Shown here: positions 44,800 to 53,646 of the stretch, piece after piece
Layout: each line of letters opens with the position of its first letter
Numbering within the stretch: position 1 is the first letter of the stretch
Made by a program: the position numbers and the translations under genes
Source: an uncultured Actinomycetes bacterium
GTDB lineage: Bacteria; Actinomycetota; Thermoleophilia; UBA2241
Direction of reading: 5' to 3'
NCBI GenBank assembly: GCA_963755025.1
Contig: CAVWIH010000028.1
Location: forward strand, 1-64,000
DNA length: 64,000 bases
Notes under the pieces: model-generated
Database searches by the model: none
What the model was told of the DNA's origin: nothing
What the model saw: only the letters and a program-made list of their open reading frames with translations

Positions 44800-45734
44800 G
44801 ACGTCCTCTCCCGCTCGCGGGCGCCGCGGCGCCGCCGCCGCCTCATCGGTGTCCAGCAGCTCGTCGACGACGGCCGCCACGCCGTCTTGCCAGGCGGGCG
44901 GCTGCGGGATGCCGCGCTCGCTGGCGAGCGGGCTGAAGGCCGGCCGCGGCGCCGGGCGGCCGGCCTGCGCCGTCGTGATCGGCTCGACGGCGACGGCGAG
45001 GCCGGCCAGGGCCACGACCTCGCGGGCCAGCTCGCACCAGCTGCAGGCGCCGCCCCCCGCCATGTGGTAGAGCCCCGGCCCCAGGCCGCCCTGCAGCGCG
45101 TCGAGCACGCACGACGCCAGGTGGTCGGCGTTGGTCGGCGACCCGACCTGGTCGTCGACCACGCGCAGCGGCTCGGCCGGGCGTCCGCGGGGCGTGCGGC
45201 GGCGCGCTCGCGCGCCGCCGCGAGGATCGTCTTGATGAAGTTGCGGCCGGTCGCCGAGAACAGCCACGCGGTGCGGATCACCGTGCCGTGCGGCCAGGCG
45301 AGCGTCTCGTGCTCCTGTGCGAGCTTGGTGGCCCCGTAGACGTTCAGGGGGTGGGGCTCGTCGTGCTCGACGTACGGCGCGCCCTTGCGGCCGTCGAAGA
45401 CGTAGTCGCTCGAGAACGACACCACCTGGGCGTGGGTGCCGTGCACGGCCTCGATCAGGTGCCGGGTGCCGAGCACGTTCACGGCGCGCGCCGTGGCCGC
45501 GTCGGCCTCGGCGCCGTCGACGTCGGTGTAGGCGGCAGTGTGCAGCACGACGTCGGGCCGGAAGGCGCGCATCGCGGCCGCCACGCCGGGCGCGTCGCGC
45601 AGGTCGAGGATCGCCTCGTGGGCGACATACACCTCGCCCGGGAGGAGGGCCTCGAACGCGGTCGCGAGCTGGCCGCCGCCGCCGGTGAGGAACCAGCGCG
45701 TGCGGGCGCCGAGAGCGGAGCGAGGGCCGGGCAT
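44796..45734 (-). CDS. rmlD: dTDP-4-dehydrorhamnose reductase with internal frame switches
   Basis: TGGGGQL, AAYTDVDGAE, SSDYVFDG and YGATK in one frame; VVDDQVGSPT...PAPRP in another; frame breaks near 45185 and 44830. Confidence 0.85.
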   Translation of the reverse strand: MPGPRSALGARTRWFLTGGGGQLATAFEALLPGEVYVAHEAILDLRDAPGVAAAMRAFRPDVVLHTAAYTDVDGAEADAATARAVNVLGTRHLIEAVHGTHAQVVSFSSDYVFDGRKGAPYVEHDEPHPLNVYGATKLAQEHETLAWPHGTVIRTAWLFSATGRNFIKTILAAARERAAARPADARPSRCAWSTTRSGRRPTPTTWRRACSTRCRAAWGRGSTTWRGAAPAAGASWPARSWPWPASPSPSSRSRRRRPAARRRGRPSARSPASAASRSRPPGKTAWRPSSTSCWTPMRRRRRRGARERERTS

Positions 45735-45756
45735 GCGGGTCGGGCGAGGCCGCGCG

Positions 45757-46212
45757 CTAGCGCAGCCGAACGCCCCAGTCGTACGGGATCTGGTCGGTGT
45801 CGGGCGGCAGCTCGTCCTGGTCGGGCGCGGCGTAGTCGTAGAGCTCGGTCGGCGCGTTCACAATGAAGGCCTCGTCGGTGCTCACGCACTTCCAGCCGTG
45901 CTGGACCTCGGGCGGCACGCGCACGAGCAGCGGGTTGTGGTCGCCCATGAAGAACTCGTCGATGCGCCCCTCGCTGGGGGAGCCCGCGCGGCCGTCGAAG
46001 AGCACGAGCTTGATCATGCCCTTGACGCACACGATGTTGTCGTACTGCTTGTGGTGCAGGTGCCAGCCTTTGACGACGCCGGGCAGGGTCGTCGTCATGT
46101 AGAGCTGGCCGAACTTGAGGAACAGCTCGTCGTCGGAGCGCAGGCATTCCATGAGGTGGCCGCGCTCGTCGGGGATCACCCGCAGCGTCTTTCGCATCAC
46201 ACCGTCGATCAT
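45757..46212 (-). CDS. rmlC: dTDP-4-dehydrorhamnose 3,5-epimerase family protein
   Basis: DERG, VVKGWHLH, cupin fold; located in the rml operon. Confidence 0.88.
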   Translation of the reverse strand: MIDGVMRKTLRVIPDERGHLMECLRSDDELFLKFGQLYMTTTLPGVVKGWHLHHKQYDNIVCVKGMIKLVLFDGRAGSPSEGRIDEFFMGDHNPLLVRVPPEVQHGWKCVSTDEAFIVNAPTELYDYAAPDQDELPPDTDQIPYDWGVRLR

Positions 46213-46233
46213 CGGGCCCCCTTGTGGCTTTGG

Positions 46234-47295
46234 TCAGATCACGCCGATGCGACTCGAGTCGCCCACCATGAAGCGGTAGGCGGCCGGGCGGCCTTCGGTG
46301 TGGCAGATGGTGACGTCGTTGCCGATCAGGCTGTCGCAGAGTCGCGCCTTGAGGCCCGAGATGCGGCTGTTGGCCAGGATGATGGAGTGCTCGATCTCGG
46401 CGTGGTCGACCGTCACGCCGTGGTAGATCGCAGTGTACGGGCCGATGAAGGCGTCGGTGAGCTCGCAGCCGTGACCGATCGTGACGGGGCCGCGCACGGT
46501 GCAGCGCGTGAGGACGCTGCCGGCTTCGATGGCGACGGGCCCCTCGATCAGGCAGTCGACGGTCTCGCCGCGCACGTCGCGCACGAGGCCGCCCAGGATG
46601 AGGCGGTTGGCCTCGAGCATGTCCTCGAGGCGCCCGGTGTCCTTCCACCAGCCGGTCACCACGTGCGACTGCACCTTCAGGCCGCGGTCGACCATGTGCT
46701 GGATGGCATCGGTGATCTCGAGCTCGCCGCGGACCGACGGCGAGATCGCCTTGACGCTCTCGAAGATCTGGGCGGTGAACAGGTACACCCCGACCAGGGC
46801 GAGGTCGCTGCGCGGCGCGGCCGGCTTTTCGACCAAGCTCACGACGACACCGTCTGAGATCTCGGCCACGCCGTACGACTGCGGGTCGGGTACGTGCTGC
46901 AGCAGGATCATGGCGTCGGGCGCGCTGCGCGTGAAGCGCTCGACGAACGGCACGATGCCGTCTTTCAGCAGGTTGTCGCCCAGGTACATGACGAACGGCT
47001 CGGCGCCCAGGTAGTCCTCGGCGATGAGCACGGCGTGCGCCAGGCCGAGGGGCGCTTGTTGGCGCAGGTAGGTGACGCGCAGTCCCCAGCGGGAGCCGTC
47101 GCCGACCGCAGCTTCGACTTCGGCGTGGGTGTCGCCCACGACGATACCGACCTCGGTGACGCCGGCCTGGCGCATGGCCTCGAGGCCGTAGAAGAGGATC
47201 GGCTTGTTGGCCACGGGCACGAGCTGCTTGGCCGAGGTGTGGGTGATGGGCCGCAGCCTGGTGCCCGCGCCGCCGCTTAAGATGAGGCCTTTCAC
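46234..47295 (-). CDS. rmlA: Glucose-1-phosphate thymidylyltransferase (long form)
   Basis: GLILSGGAGTRLRP, KQLVPVANKP, LVEKP, RGELEITDA, WKDTG. Confidence 0.95.
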   Translation of the reverse strand: MKGLILSGGAGTRLRPITHTSAKQLVPVANKPILFYGLEAMRQAGVTEVGIVVGDTHAEVEAAVGDGSRWGLRVTYLRQQAPLGLAHAVLIAEDYLGAEPFVMYLGDNLLKDGIVPFVERFTRSAPDAMILLQHVPDPQSYGVAEISDGVVVSLVEKPAAPRSDLALVGVYLFTAQIFESVKAISPSVRGELEITDAIQHMVDRGLKVQSHVVTGWWKDTGRLEDMLEANRLILGGLVRDVRGETVDCLIEGPVAIEAGSVLTRCTVRGPVTIGHGCELTDAFIGPYTAIYHGVTVDHAEIEHSIILANSRISGLKARLCDSLIGNDVTICHTEGRPAAYRFMVGDSSRIGVI

Positions 47296-47320
47296 CGGTC
47301 CGGCGCGCGTCCGCGCGGGC

Positions 47321-47611
47321 CTAGATCGACTCGTAGTCGTCGAGCTCGTCGTCGCTCTCGGTGGAGATGAGGTCGAGGACGTCGTGCTCATCGACCGCCT
47401 TGCCCATGAAGACGAGGCTCGTCTTGTCGGGAGGGCCGACCCACAGGCTGACGCGGTCGCCCGCAGCAAAGACGACCGGTCGTCCGTCGCGCAGCACGTT
47501 GGTGAGCGTGGAGTGCTCGACGTCGCGCGTGACTTCGGCCGAGTCGATCGGCAGCGGGTCGGCGTCGTTGACCTGCAGGCGGGGCTGTCTCTGTCCGTCG
47601 ATGTTCACCAC
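47321..47611 (-). CDS. Small acidic hypothetical protein, probably leaderless
   Basis: Coding-like codon usage; TATACT 5 nt before the GTG. Confidence 0.65.
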   Translation of the reverse strand: MVNIDGQRQPRLQVNDADPLPIDSAEVTRDVEHSTLTNVLRDGRPVVFAAGDRVSLWVGPPDKTSLVFMGKAVDEHDVLDLISTESDDELDDYESI

Positions 47612-47758
47612 CGCGGAGTATATAGCAGCTCAGTCGCACGCGCGCGGCAAGTCCCCGCGCTACGGCGCCCTGCTTGATGTGCCGCTGGCGAGGGGGTTTA
47701 CTGAGCGGGTGGGGGTAGCGCGACCGCGCCCGGCCCTCGCTACAAGGGGGGGAGCGCC

Positions 47759-49612
47759 ATGGGTACTGTTTCGCGGGGCCGTTCGCGGCGGCGCCTTCTG
47801 GGCGCCGGCGTGGCCGTCGTCCTTGCGGCCGGCCTCGTCTGGGGCCTCGCCGGAGCGCTGGCGACCAGCAGCAGCCCGCCGCCGGCCGGCAAGGTCGTGC
47901 TGAAGATCGGCATGACCAACATCCCCGACAACCTGAACCCCTTCGTCGGGCAGATGTCGTCGTGCTACGAGATCTGGTCGCTCGACTACGACCTCATGGT
48001 CGGCTTCAGCCCGGGCGACTACAGCCACCCCCAGGGTGCGGCCGCCACCGGCCTCGCCGACCACTGGACGGTCTCCGACGGCGGCCGGGTGTGGACCTTC
48101 CACATCCGCTCGGGCGTCAAGTGGCAGGACGGCGTGCCGCTCACCGCCCACGACGTCGCCTTCACCTACAACTACGTCATCAAGAACCAGCTCAGCAACT
48201 ACACGATGTACACCAACTTCGTGAAGAACGTGACCGCCCCCGACGACAACACCGTCGTGTTCACCTGCAGCAGGCCCAAGGCCAACATGCTCAACATGTG
48301 GGTCTACATCGTGCCGCAGCACATCTGGGGCTCGGTCTCGGGCAAGTCGGCGGCCGGCGACTACCAGAACTCGCCGCCCATCGTGGGCAGCGGGCCCTTC
48401 CAGCTCACTCAGTACAAGAAAGACAGCTACGCCATCATGACGGCCAACAAGAGCTACTGGGCCGGCGCCCCCAAGATCGACCAGGTCGATTTCATCTACT
48501 ACCAGAACGCCGACACCATGGTGCAGGAGATGAAGACCGGTTCGCTGCAGGGCGCCTGGGGCGTGCTCGAGGCGCAGTATCGCCAGCTCAAGACCGACCC
48601 CACCTACAAGCCGCTGGCCTTCATCGACCCCGAGCTCGACGAGCTCGGCTTCAACTGCTACACGGGCTCCTCGCTGGGCAATCCCGTCCTCAGGGACTGG
48701 CACTTCCGTCAGGCGCTGCAGTGGGCGGTCGATCACAACAAGCTCGTGCAGATCGCCTACGGCGGCCTCGCCCAGCCGGCCACCTCGGTGCTCGTCTCGC
48801 ACCTGTGGAGCAACCCCGACTGGCACTGGGAGCCGCCCTCCGGCCAGGCCTACACCTTCGACCTGGCCAAGGCCGGCCAGATGCTGACCGCCGCCGGCTA
48901 CCCGCTCAAGAACGGCGTGCGCCTGAACAAGCAGGGCAAGCCCATCGTGCTGCGCCTGTTCACGAGGAGCGACTCGCAGTCCAGCCAGTCGGCCGGCAAG
49001 CTGATCGCCGGCTGGTTCGACAAGCTGGGGCTCAAGATCAACCTGTCGGTCATGGACGACGGCGTCATCCAGGACGACCAGTACAACATGAAGGGCAACA
49101 CCTTCGAGCCCAACTACGACATGTTCCTCTGGGGTTGGGGCGGCGACCCCGACCCCAACTTCATCATGAGCATCTTCACGACCGCCCAGATCAACAGCTG
49201 GAGCGACTGCGCCTGGTCCGACCCGCAGTACGACAAGCTCTTCCTCGAGCAGCAGACCACGATCGACCAGACCAAGCGGGCTGCCATCGTGCACCGGATG
49301 GAGCAGATCATCTACCAGCAGTCGCCGTACATCCCCACCGTCTACCCCGAGTCGGTCGAGGCCTACGACTACACCGGCTGGCAGGGCTGGTCGACGACTC
49401 CCGGCAAGGGCGGCGGCGTGTTCTTCACCTCACCGGTCATGGCGAGCTACCTGAGCGTGCATCCGGCGACGGCGGCCGCTACGGCGGCCGCGCAATCGAG
49501 CTCGAAGGGACTGCTGATCGCCGCGGTCGTGGTCATCGTGCTGGTGATGGTGATCGTCGCCCTGATCGTGGCGCTGCGCAGCCGCAAGCGCCAGGTCGAG
49601 GAGATCCAGTAG
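47759..49612 (+). CDS. Family 5 (peptide/nickel) ABC substrate-binding protein with C-terminal TM anchor
   Basis: LADHWTVSDGG..WTFHIR.GVKWQDG.PLTAHDV.FT signature; GSGPF; C-terminal hydrophobic helix plus RSRKR. Confidence 0.92.
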   Translation: MGTVSRGRSRRRLLGAGVAVVLAAGLVWGLAGALATSSSPPPAGKVVLKIGMTNIPDNLNPFVGQMSSCYEIWSLDYDLMVGFSPGDYSHPQGAAATGLADHWTVSDGGRVWTFHIRSGVKWQDGVPLTAHDVAFTYNYVIKNQLSNYTMYTNFVKNVTAPDDNTVVFTCSRPKANMLNMWVYIVPQHIWGSVSGKSAAGDYQNSPPIVGSGPFQLTQYKKDSYAIMTANKSYWAGAPKIDQVDFIYYQNADTMVQEMKTGSLQGAWGVLEAQYRQLKTDPTYKPLAFIDPELDELGFNCYTGSSLGNPVLRDWHFRQALQWAVDHNKLVQIAYGGLAQPATSVLVSHLWSNPDWHWEPPSGQAYTFDLAKAGQMLTAAGYPLKNGVRLNKQGKPIVLRLFTRSDSQSSQSAGKLIAGWFDKLGLKINLSVMDDGVIQDDQYNMKGNTFEPNYDMFLWGWGGDPDPNFIMSIFTTAQINSWSDCAWSDPQYDKLFLEQQTTIDQTKRAAIVHRMEQIIYQQSPYIPTVYPESVEAYDYTGWQGWSTTPGKGGGVFFTSPVMASYLSVHPATAAATAAAQSSSKGLLIAAVVVIVLVMVIVALIVALRSRKRQVEEIQ

Positions 49613-49626
49613 GGCCGCTGCCGACG

Positions 49627-49656
49627 GGCAGGCCCGCGCGGTCGCGCGGGCCTGCC
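49627..49656 (+). terminator. Hairpin after the ABC binding protein gene
   Basis: ggcaggcccgcgcg-gt-cgcgcgggcctgcc. Confidence 0.6.
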
Positions 49657-49712
49657 GGCGCGCCCGACGTCGTCGGGGCGCGCCACCCGGCGCTCGGGGT
49701 AGACTGAGCGCC

Positions 49713-51092
49713 ATGGACAGCCTGTTCAGCCCGTCCGACGAACAGCTCACGGCCGGCGCGCCGCTCGCCGCCCGCATGCGGCCGCCCACGCTCGCCGGCT
49801 TCGTCGGGCAGCGCGCCATCGTGGGGCCGGGCACCATCCTGCGGGCCGCGGTCGAACGCGGCGAGCTGTTCTCGATGATCTTCTGGGGGCCGCCCGGCTC
49901 GGGCAAGACGACGCTCGCTCGGGCGATCGCCGGCGAGACCGGCGCGCGCCTCGAACAGCTCTCGGCGGTGAGCTCGGGCACGGCCGACGTGCGGGCCGCG
50001 ATTAAGGCGGCGCGCGAGGCGCGGACCCTCTCGTCGCAGCGCACGCTGCTGTTCATCGACGAGATCCACCGCTTCAACAAGGCGCAGCAGGACGCGCTGC
50101 TGCCGGCCATCGAAGACGCACTGGTCTACCTGATCGGCGCGACCACCGAGAACCCCTACTTCGAGGTCAACTCGGCGCTGCTGTCGCGCTGTCAGCTCTA
50201 TCGCTTTGCGCGCCTCACCGACGACGACGTCGCCACGCTCGTGCAGCGCGCCCTCGACGACCGCCGACACGGCCTCGGTGAGCTGGGGCTGACACTCGGC
50301 GACGGCGCCCTGGCGTTCCTCATAGAGGTGGCGCGCGGCGACGCCCGCGTGGCGTTGAACGCCCTCGAGACCGCGGTGCGTTCGCGCGGCTTGGGGTCGG
50401 GTTCGGTCGCGGCGACGATCACCGTCGACGACCTGAAGGACGCCGCCCAGAAGAAGCCGCTGAACTACGACCGGCAGGACGCCCACTACGACACGGTCTC
50501 GGCCTTCATCAAATCGATGCGCGGCAGCGACCCCGACGCCGTCGAGTACTACCTGGCGGCCATGCTGGCGGGCGGCGAAGACCCCAAGTTCATCGCCCGG
50601 CGCATCATCGTCTTCGCCAGCGAAGACGTCGGCAACGCCGATCCCCGCGCTCTTGAGGTGGCGGTGGCGGCGGCCCGCGCCGTCGAGTTCGTGGGCCTGC
50701 CCGAGGGCCGCATCAACCTGAGCCAGGCCGCCCTGTACATGGCGCTCGCCCCTAAGAGCAACGCCGCCTACAAGGCGGTCGACGCCGCCATGGCCGACGT
50801 GGAACGGCGCGGCAACGAACCGCCGCCACCCCATCTGCGCAGCGCGAACTGTCGTGGCGCAAAGGACTTGGGCCATGGCGCGGGGTACAAGTACCCGCAC
50901 GCTTACGGCGGCTGGGTCGAGCAGCAGTATCTGCCCGACGCGCTGCGCGGCGTGAGCTACTTCACGGCGCAGCGCGGCGTCGAGCTCGAGCTCGCGCAGC
51001 GACTCGAGGAGCTCAAGCGGCGCGCCGACCGGCCCGCGCCAGACGGTGCGGGCGGTCCCGGCGCGGAAGGCGACGACGGGGGGGAGAGCTAG
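49713..51092 (+). CDS. rarA: Replication-associated recombination protein A (MgsA/RarA AAA+ ATPase)
   Basis: PLAARMRP, WGPPGSGKTT, DEIHRFNKAQQD, ATTENP, SAFIKSMRGSDPDA. Confidence 0.96.
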   Translation: MDSLFSPSDEQLTAGAPLAARMRPPTLAGFVGQRAIVGPGTILRAAVERGELFSMIFWGPPGSGKTTLARAIAGETGARLEQLSAVSSGTADVRAAIKAAREARTLSSQRTLLFIDEIHRFNKAQQDALLPAIEDALVYLIGATTENPYFEVNSALLSRCQLYRFARLTDDDVATLVQRALDDRRHGLGELGLTLGDGALAFLIEVARGDARVALNALETAVRSRGLGSGSVAATITVDDLKDAAQKKPLNYDRQDAHYDTVSAFIKSMRGSDPDAVEYYLAAMLAGGEDPKFIARRIIVFASEDVGNADPRALEVAVAAARAVEFVGLPEGRINLSQAALYMALAPKSNAAYKAVDAAMADVERRGNEPPPPHLRSANCRGAKDLGHGAGYKYPHAYGGWVEQQYLPDALRGVSYFTAQRGVELELAQRLEELKRRADRPAPDGAGGPGAEGDDGGES

Positions 51093-51491
51093 ATGGGTTG
51101 GGCGACACTCATGATCGTCACGATCGTGGTGCTGGTCGTGGTGGGCGCGGTGCTGTACTCGTATGCGACGCGCGTCAAGCGCAGCCTCGACGAGCCGATG
51201 ACCGCCGCGCTCGTGACCCAGGCGCCGCTCAGGGTCACGCTGACCGAGAAGAGCGCGGCCAGCCTGACGCACCTCTCGCAGGAGCCGATCCTCATCAAGC
51301 AGGCCGAAGACGGCCTGCGCGTGCAGCTCGACAATCGCCCGCTCGTGCCGATCGCCATCCTCACCGACCATGCCGCGGCCACCGCACTGCGCGAGATCGT
51401 GGCCGGCGCCAGCCAGCAGTACGGAGCCTGCTGGACGGCCCTCGTCATACCGGCCGGCGACGGCTCGGTGTCGGTGCAGCGCCTGTCCTGA
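51093..51491 (+). CDS. Hypothetical membrane-anchored protein
   Basis: N-terminal TM helix; starts immediately after the rarA stop. Confidence 0.7.
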   Translation: MGWATLMIVTIVVLVVVGAVLYSYATRVKRSLDEPMTAALVTQAPLRVTLTEKSAASLTHLSQEPILIKQAEDGLRVQLDNRPLVPIAILTDHAAATALREIVAGASQQYGACWTALVIPAGDGSVSVQRLS

Positions 51492-51657
51492 CGAAACGTC
51501 CACCGCCCCGGTGGGCGACGCCCCGTCGCTTCCTGTCCGGGGTGTATACCAAGTTGTAGACTGTTAAAGGAACCTATCTGTTCTGACGAAGAACAATCCG
51601 CCGGTTCGCTCCGTGTCCGGAGGGCGGCGAGGCGTCGGGGCGTTCAAGGAGGCTTCC

Positions 51658-53643
51658 ATGCGACGGCTTTTCAAATTTGTGTTCGGCCTTGCGATCGGCG
51701 CCGGTGCGACGCTGCTCGTCACGCCGAAGACCGGTCGCGAGGTGCGCGACATGCTGACCGGACCGCAGGTCCGCGGTCTCATGCCGACCCGCGTAGCCGA
51801 GCTCACGCGCCCGCGCGACGAAGCGCCGCCGTTCGAGCCCGCCTCCGCCGTGGCCGTGGCCGAGCCGGTCGTCGAGACCCCGCCCGAGCCGGTCGCCGAC
51901 GCCCGTGTCGAGCCCGAAGTGGTCGAACCGGTCGCCGAAGCCGAGCCCGAGGTCACAGAGCCGGTCGCCGAAGCCGAGCCCGAAGTGGCCGACGCTGAGC
52001 CGGTCGCCGAAGCCGAACCCGAAGTAGCCGACGCTGAGCCGGTCGCCGACGCTGAGCCTGTAGTGAGCGAGCCTGAGCTCGCCGCCGTGCCCGAGCCCGA
52101 AGTGGCCGAGCCGGTCGCCGAAGCCGAGCCCGAGGTCACAGAGCCGGTCGCCGAATCCGAACCCGAAGTGGCCGAGCCCGAGCTCGCCGTGGTCCCCGAG
52201 CCCGAAGTGGCTGAAGTGGCCGCTGGGGCCGAGCTTGCCGCCGTGGTCGAAGGCGACATGCCCGAGCCGGCCGCCGAGCAAGGACCCGACGCCGAAGAGT
52301 CCGCCGCCGACGCCCAGTCCGGTCTCGTCGCCGACGCCGGCGCCGGTCTGTTCACCGCCGCCGCGATCTTCGCGCCGCCGGTCGAGCCCGAAGCCCACGC
52401 CGCGCCCGCCGACGAAGCCCCGGTCGCCGTCGAGTCCGAGCCCGAAGCCGTTGCCGAAGCCCCGGTCGCACCCGAAGCCGAGGCTGACGAGGGCGACGAC
52501 CTGCGGACGCGCATCGAAGAGACCAGGACCGATGTGGTGAGCGAGATCCAGCGGCCCTTCCAGGCCGTCCCTGCGCCGCCGCTTGCCGAGGCCGCCGAAG
52601 CCGAGCCCGCCGCCGAAGCTGAACCGGTTCCCGAAGCCGAATCGGTCGCCGAGGCAGAGCCCGCCGAGGTCGCGCCGCTCCTGAGTGCTTCGGTCGCCGA
52701 GACGCACGACGACGCCCCTCAGCTCGAAGCCAAGCTGGGCGAGGCGCCCGGCGTGTCGAGCATCGACGCCGACGAGCTTGCTGCGCCCGCCGACGCCGGC
52801 GCGACGCCCGCCTTCACGTCCGCCATGACCGCCGACACGTCCGACGTGCCGACCGGCGCCCCCGAGTTCACTCCCGCCGTGACCATCCCCGGCGCGCCTC
52901 CTGCACCGTCGTCGGGCATGTGGGCCGCCGACCCGGTGCCCCCCACGTTCGAACCCGAGCTCGCCGAGGTGTCCGCACCCGATGCCGCGGCGTCCGAGGC
53001 CCCGACACCCGCCGCCGAAGTGGCCGAGCCAGTGGCCGAAGTAGCGACACCCGCAGCCGAGGTGGCCGAGCCCGCAGCCGAGGTGGCCGAGCCCGCAGCC
53101 GAGGTGGCCGAGCCTGGATTCGAAGTGCCCGAGCCCGTCGAGAGCGAAATCCCCGCGAGTCCAGTCGTGGCTGCCCAAGCGAGCCCCGACGACGCGACGC
53201 CGCCGCTTGCCGCAGCGCCGGTGGCCGATCACGTCGCCGACATCGCCGCCGGCGAGGCGTCAGTCGCCGATACCCCCGCGCCGGCCGAAGCGCTCGCCGA
53301 GGCGCCCGTCGACGACGCTCCCGCACCGGTCGAACCTGCGATCGCGGCCGTCGCGCCGGCGGCAGCCGAACCCGAGGCCGCTCCCGTTGCCGACGAGGCC
53401 GTAACGCCCGCCCCGCCTGCCGACGAGGCGCCGCAGGGCGTCGACCAGGCCGAGATGCGGCGTCGCATCGAGGAGACCCGCGCCCGGCTCAAGGCCAAGG
53501 CGTTCGACGCGATGATGAGTGGCGAGGCCGCCCTGCTGGCCCGCGACTCCGGCGAGAAGCCGGTGCCGCGCAACGCCGACGTGCCCGTCGACCACGAGAT
53601 CGCCGAGACTATCGACGAATCGCTCTCGCCCGACGACTACTGA
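51658..53643 (+). CDS. YtxH-like N-terminal domain plus a long acidic Pro/Ala/Glu low-complexity region
   Basis: FVFGLAIGAGATLLVTPKTGREVRD (YtxH pattern); EPVAEAEPEV repeats; RBS AAGGAGG. Confidence 0.8.
   Translation: MRRLFKFVFGLAIGAGATLLVTPKTGREVRDMLTGPQVRGLMPTRVAELTRPRDEAPPFEPASAVAVAEPVVETPPEPVADARVEPEVVEPVAEAEPEVTEPVAEAEPEVADAEPVAEAEPEVADAEPVADAEPVVSEPELAAVPEPEVAEPVAEAEPEVTEPVAESEPEVAEPELAVVPEPEVAEVAAGAELAAVVEGDMPEPAAEQGPDAEESAADAQSGLVADAGAGLFTAAAIFAPPVEPEAHAAPADEAPVAVESEPEAVAEAPVAPEAEADEGDDLRTRIEETRTDVVSEIQRPFQAVPAPPLAEAAEAEPAAEAEPVPEAESVAEAEPAEVAPLLSASVAETHDDAPQLEAKLGEAPGVSSIDADELAAPADAGATPAFTSAMTADTSDVPTGAPEFTPAVTIPGAPPAPSSGMWAADPVPPTFEPELAEVSAPDAAASEAPTPAAEVAEPVAEVATPAAEVAEPAAEVAEPAAEVAEPGFEVPEPVESEIPASPVVAAQASPDDATPPLAAAPVADHVADIAAGEASVADTPAPAEALAEAPVDDAPAPVEPAIAAVAPAAAEPEAAPVADEAVTPAPPADEAPQGVDQAEMRRRIEETRARLKAKAFDAMMSGEAALLARDSGEKPVPRNADVPVDHEIAETIDESLSPDDY
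51860..52210 (+). repeat. Degenerate coding tandem repeats (EPVAEAEPEV-type)
   Basis: Recurrent gagccggtcgccgaagccgagcccga units; further 21-bp PAAEVAE units near 53010-53112. Confidence 0.8.
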
Positions 53644-53646
53644 TCC

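Noticed and set aside
43798-45267. RmlD-RmlB fusion protein suggested by the 489-aa ORF
   Set aside because: rmlB has its own RBS and an ATGA overlap with the other rmlD frame; indels explain it better
51860-53112. Non-coding repeat array or CRISPR
   Set aside because: The repeats are in-frame, degenerate and encode the low-complexity protein
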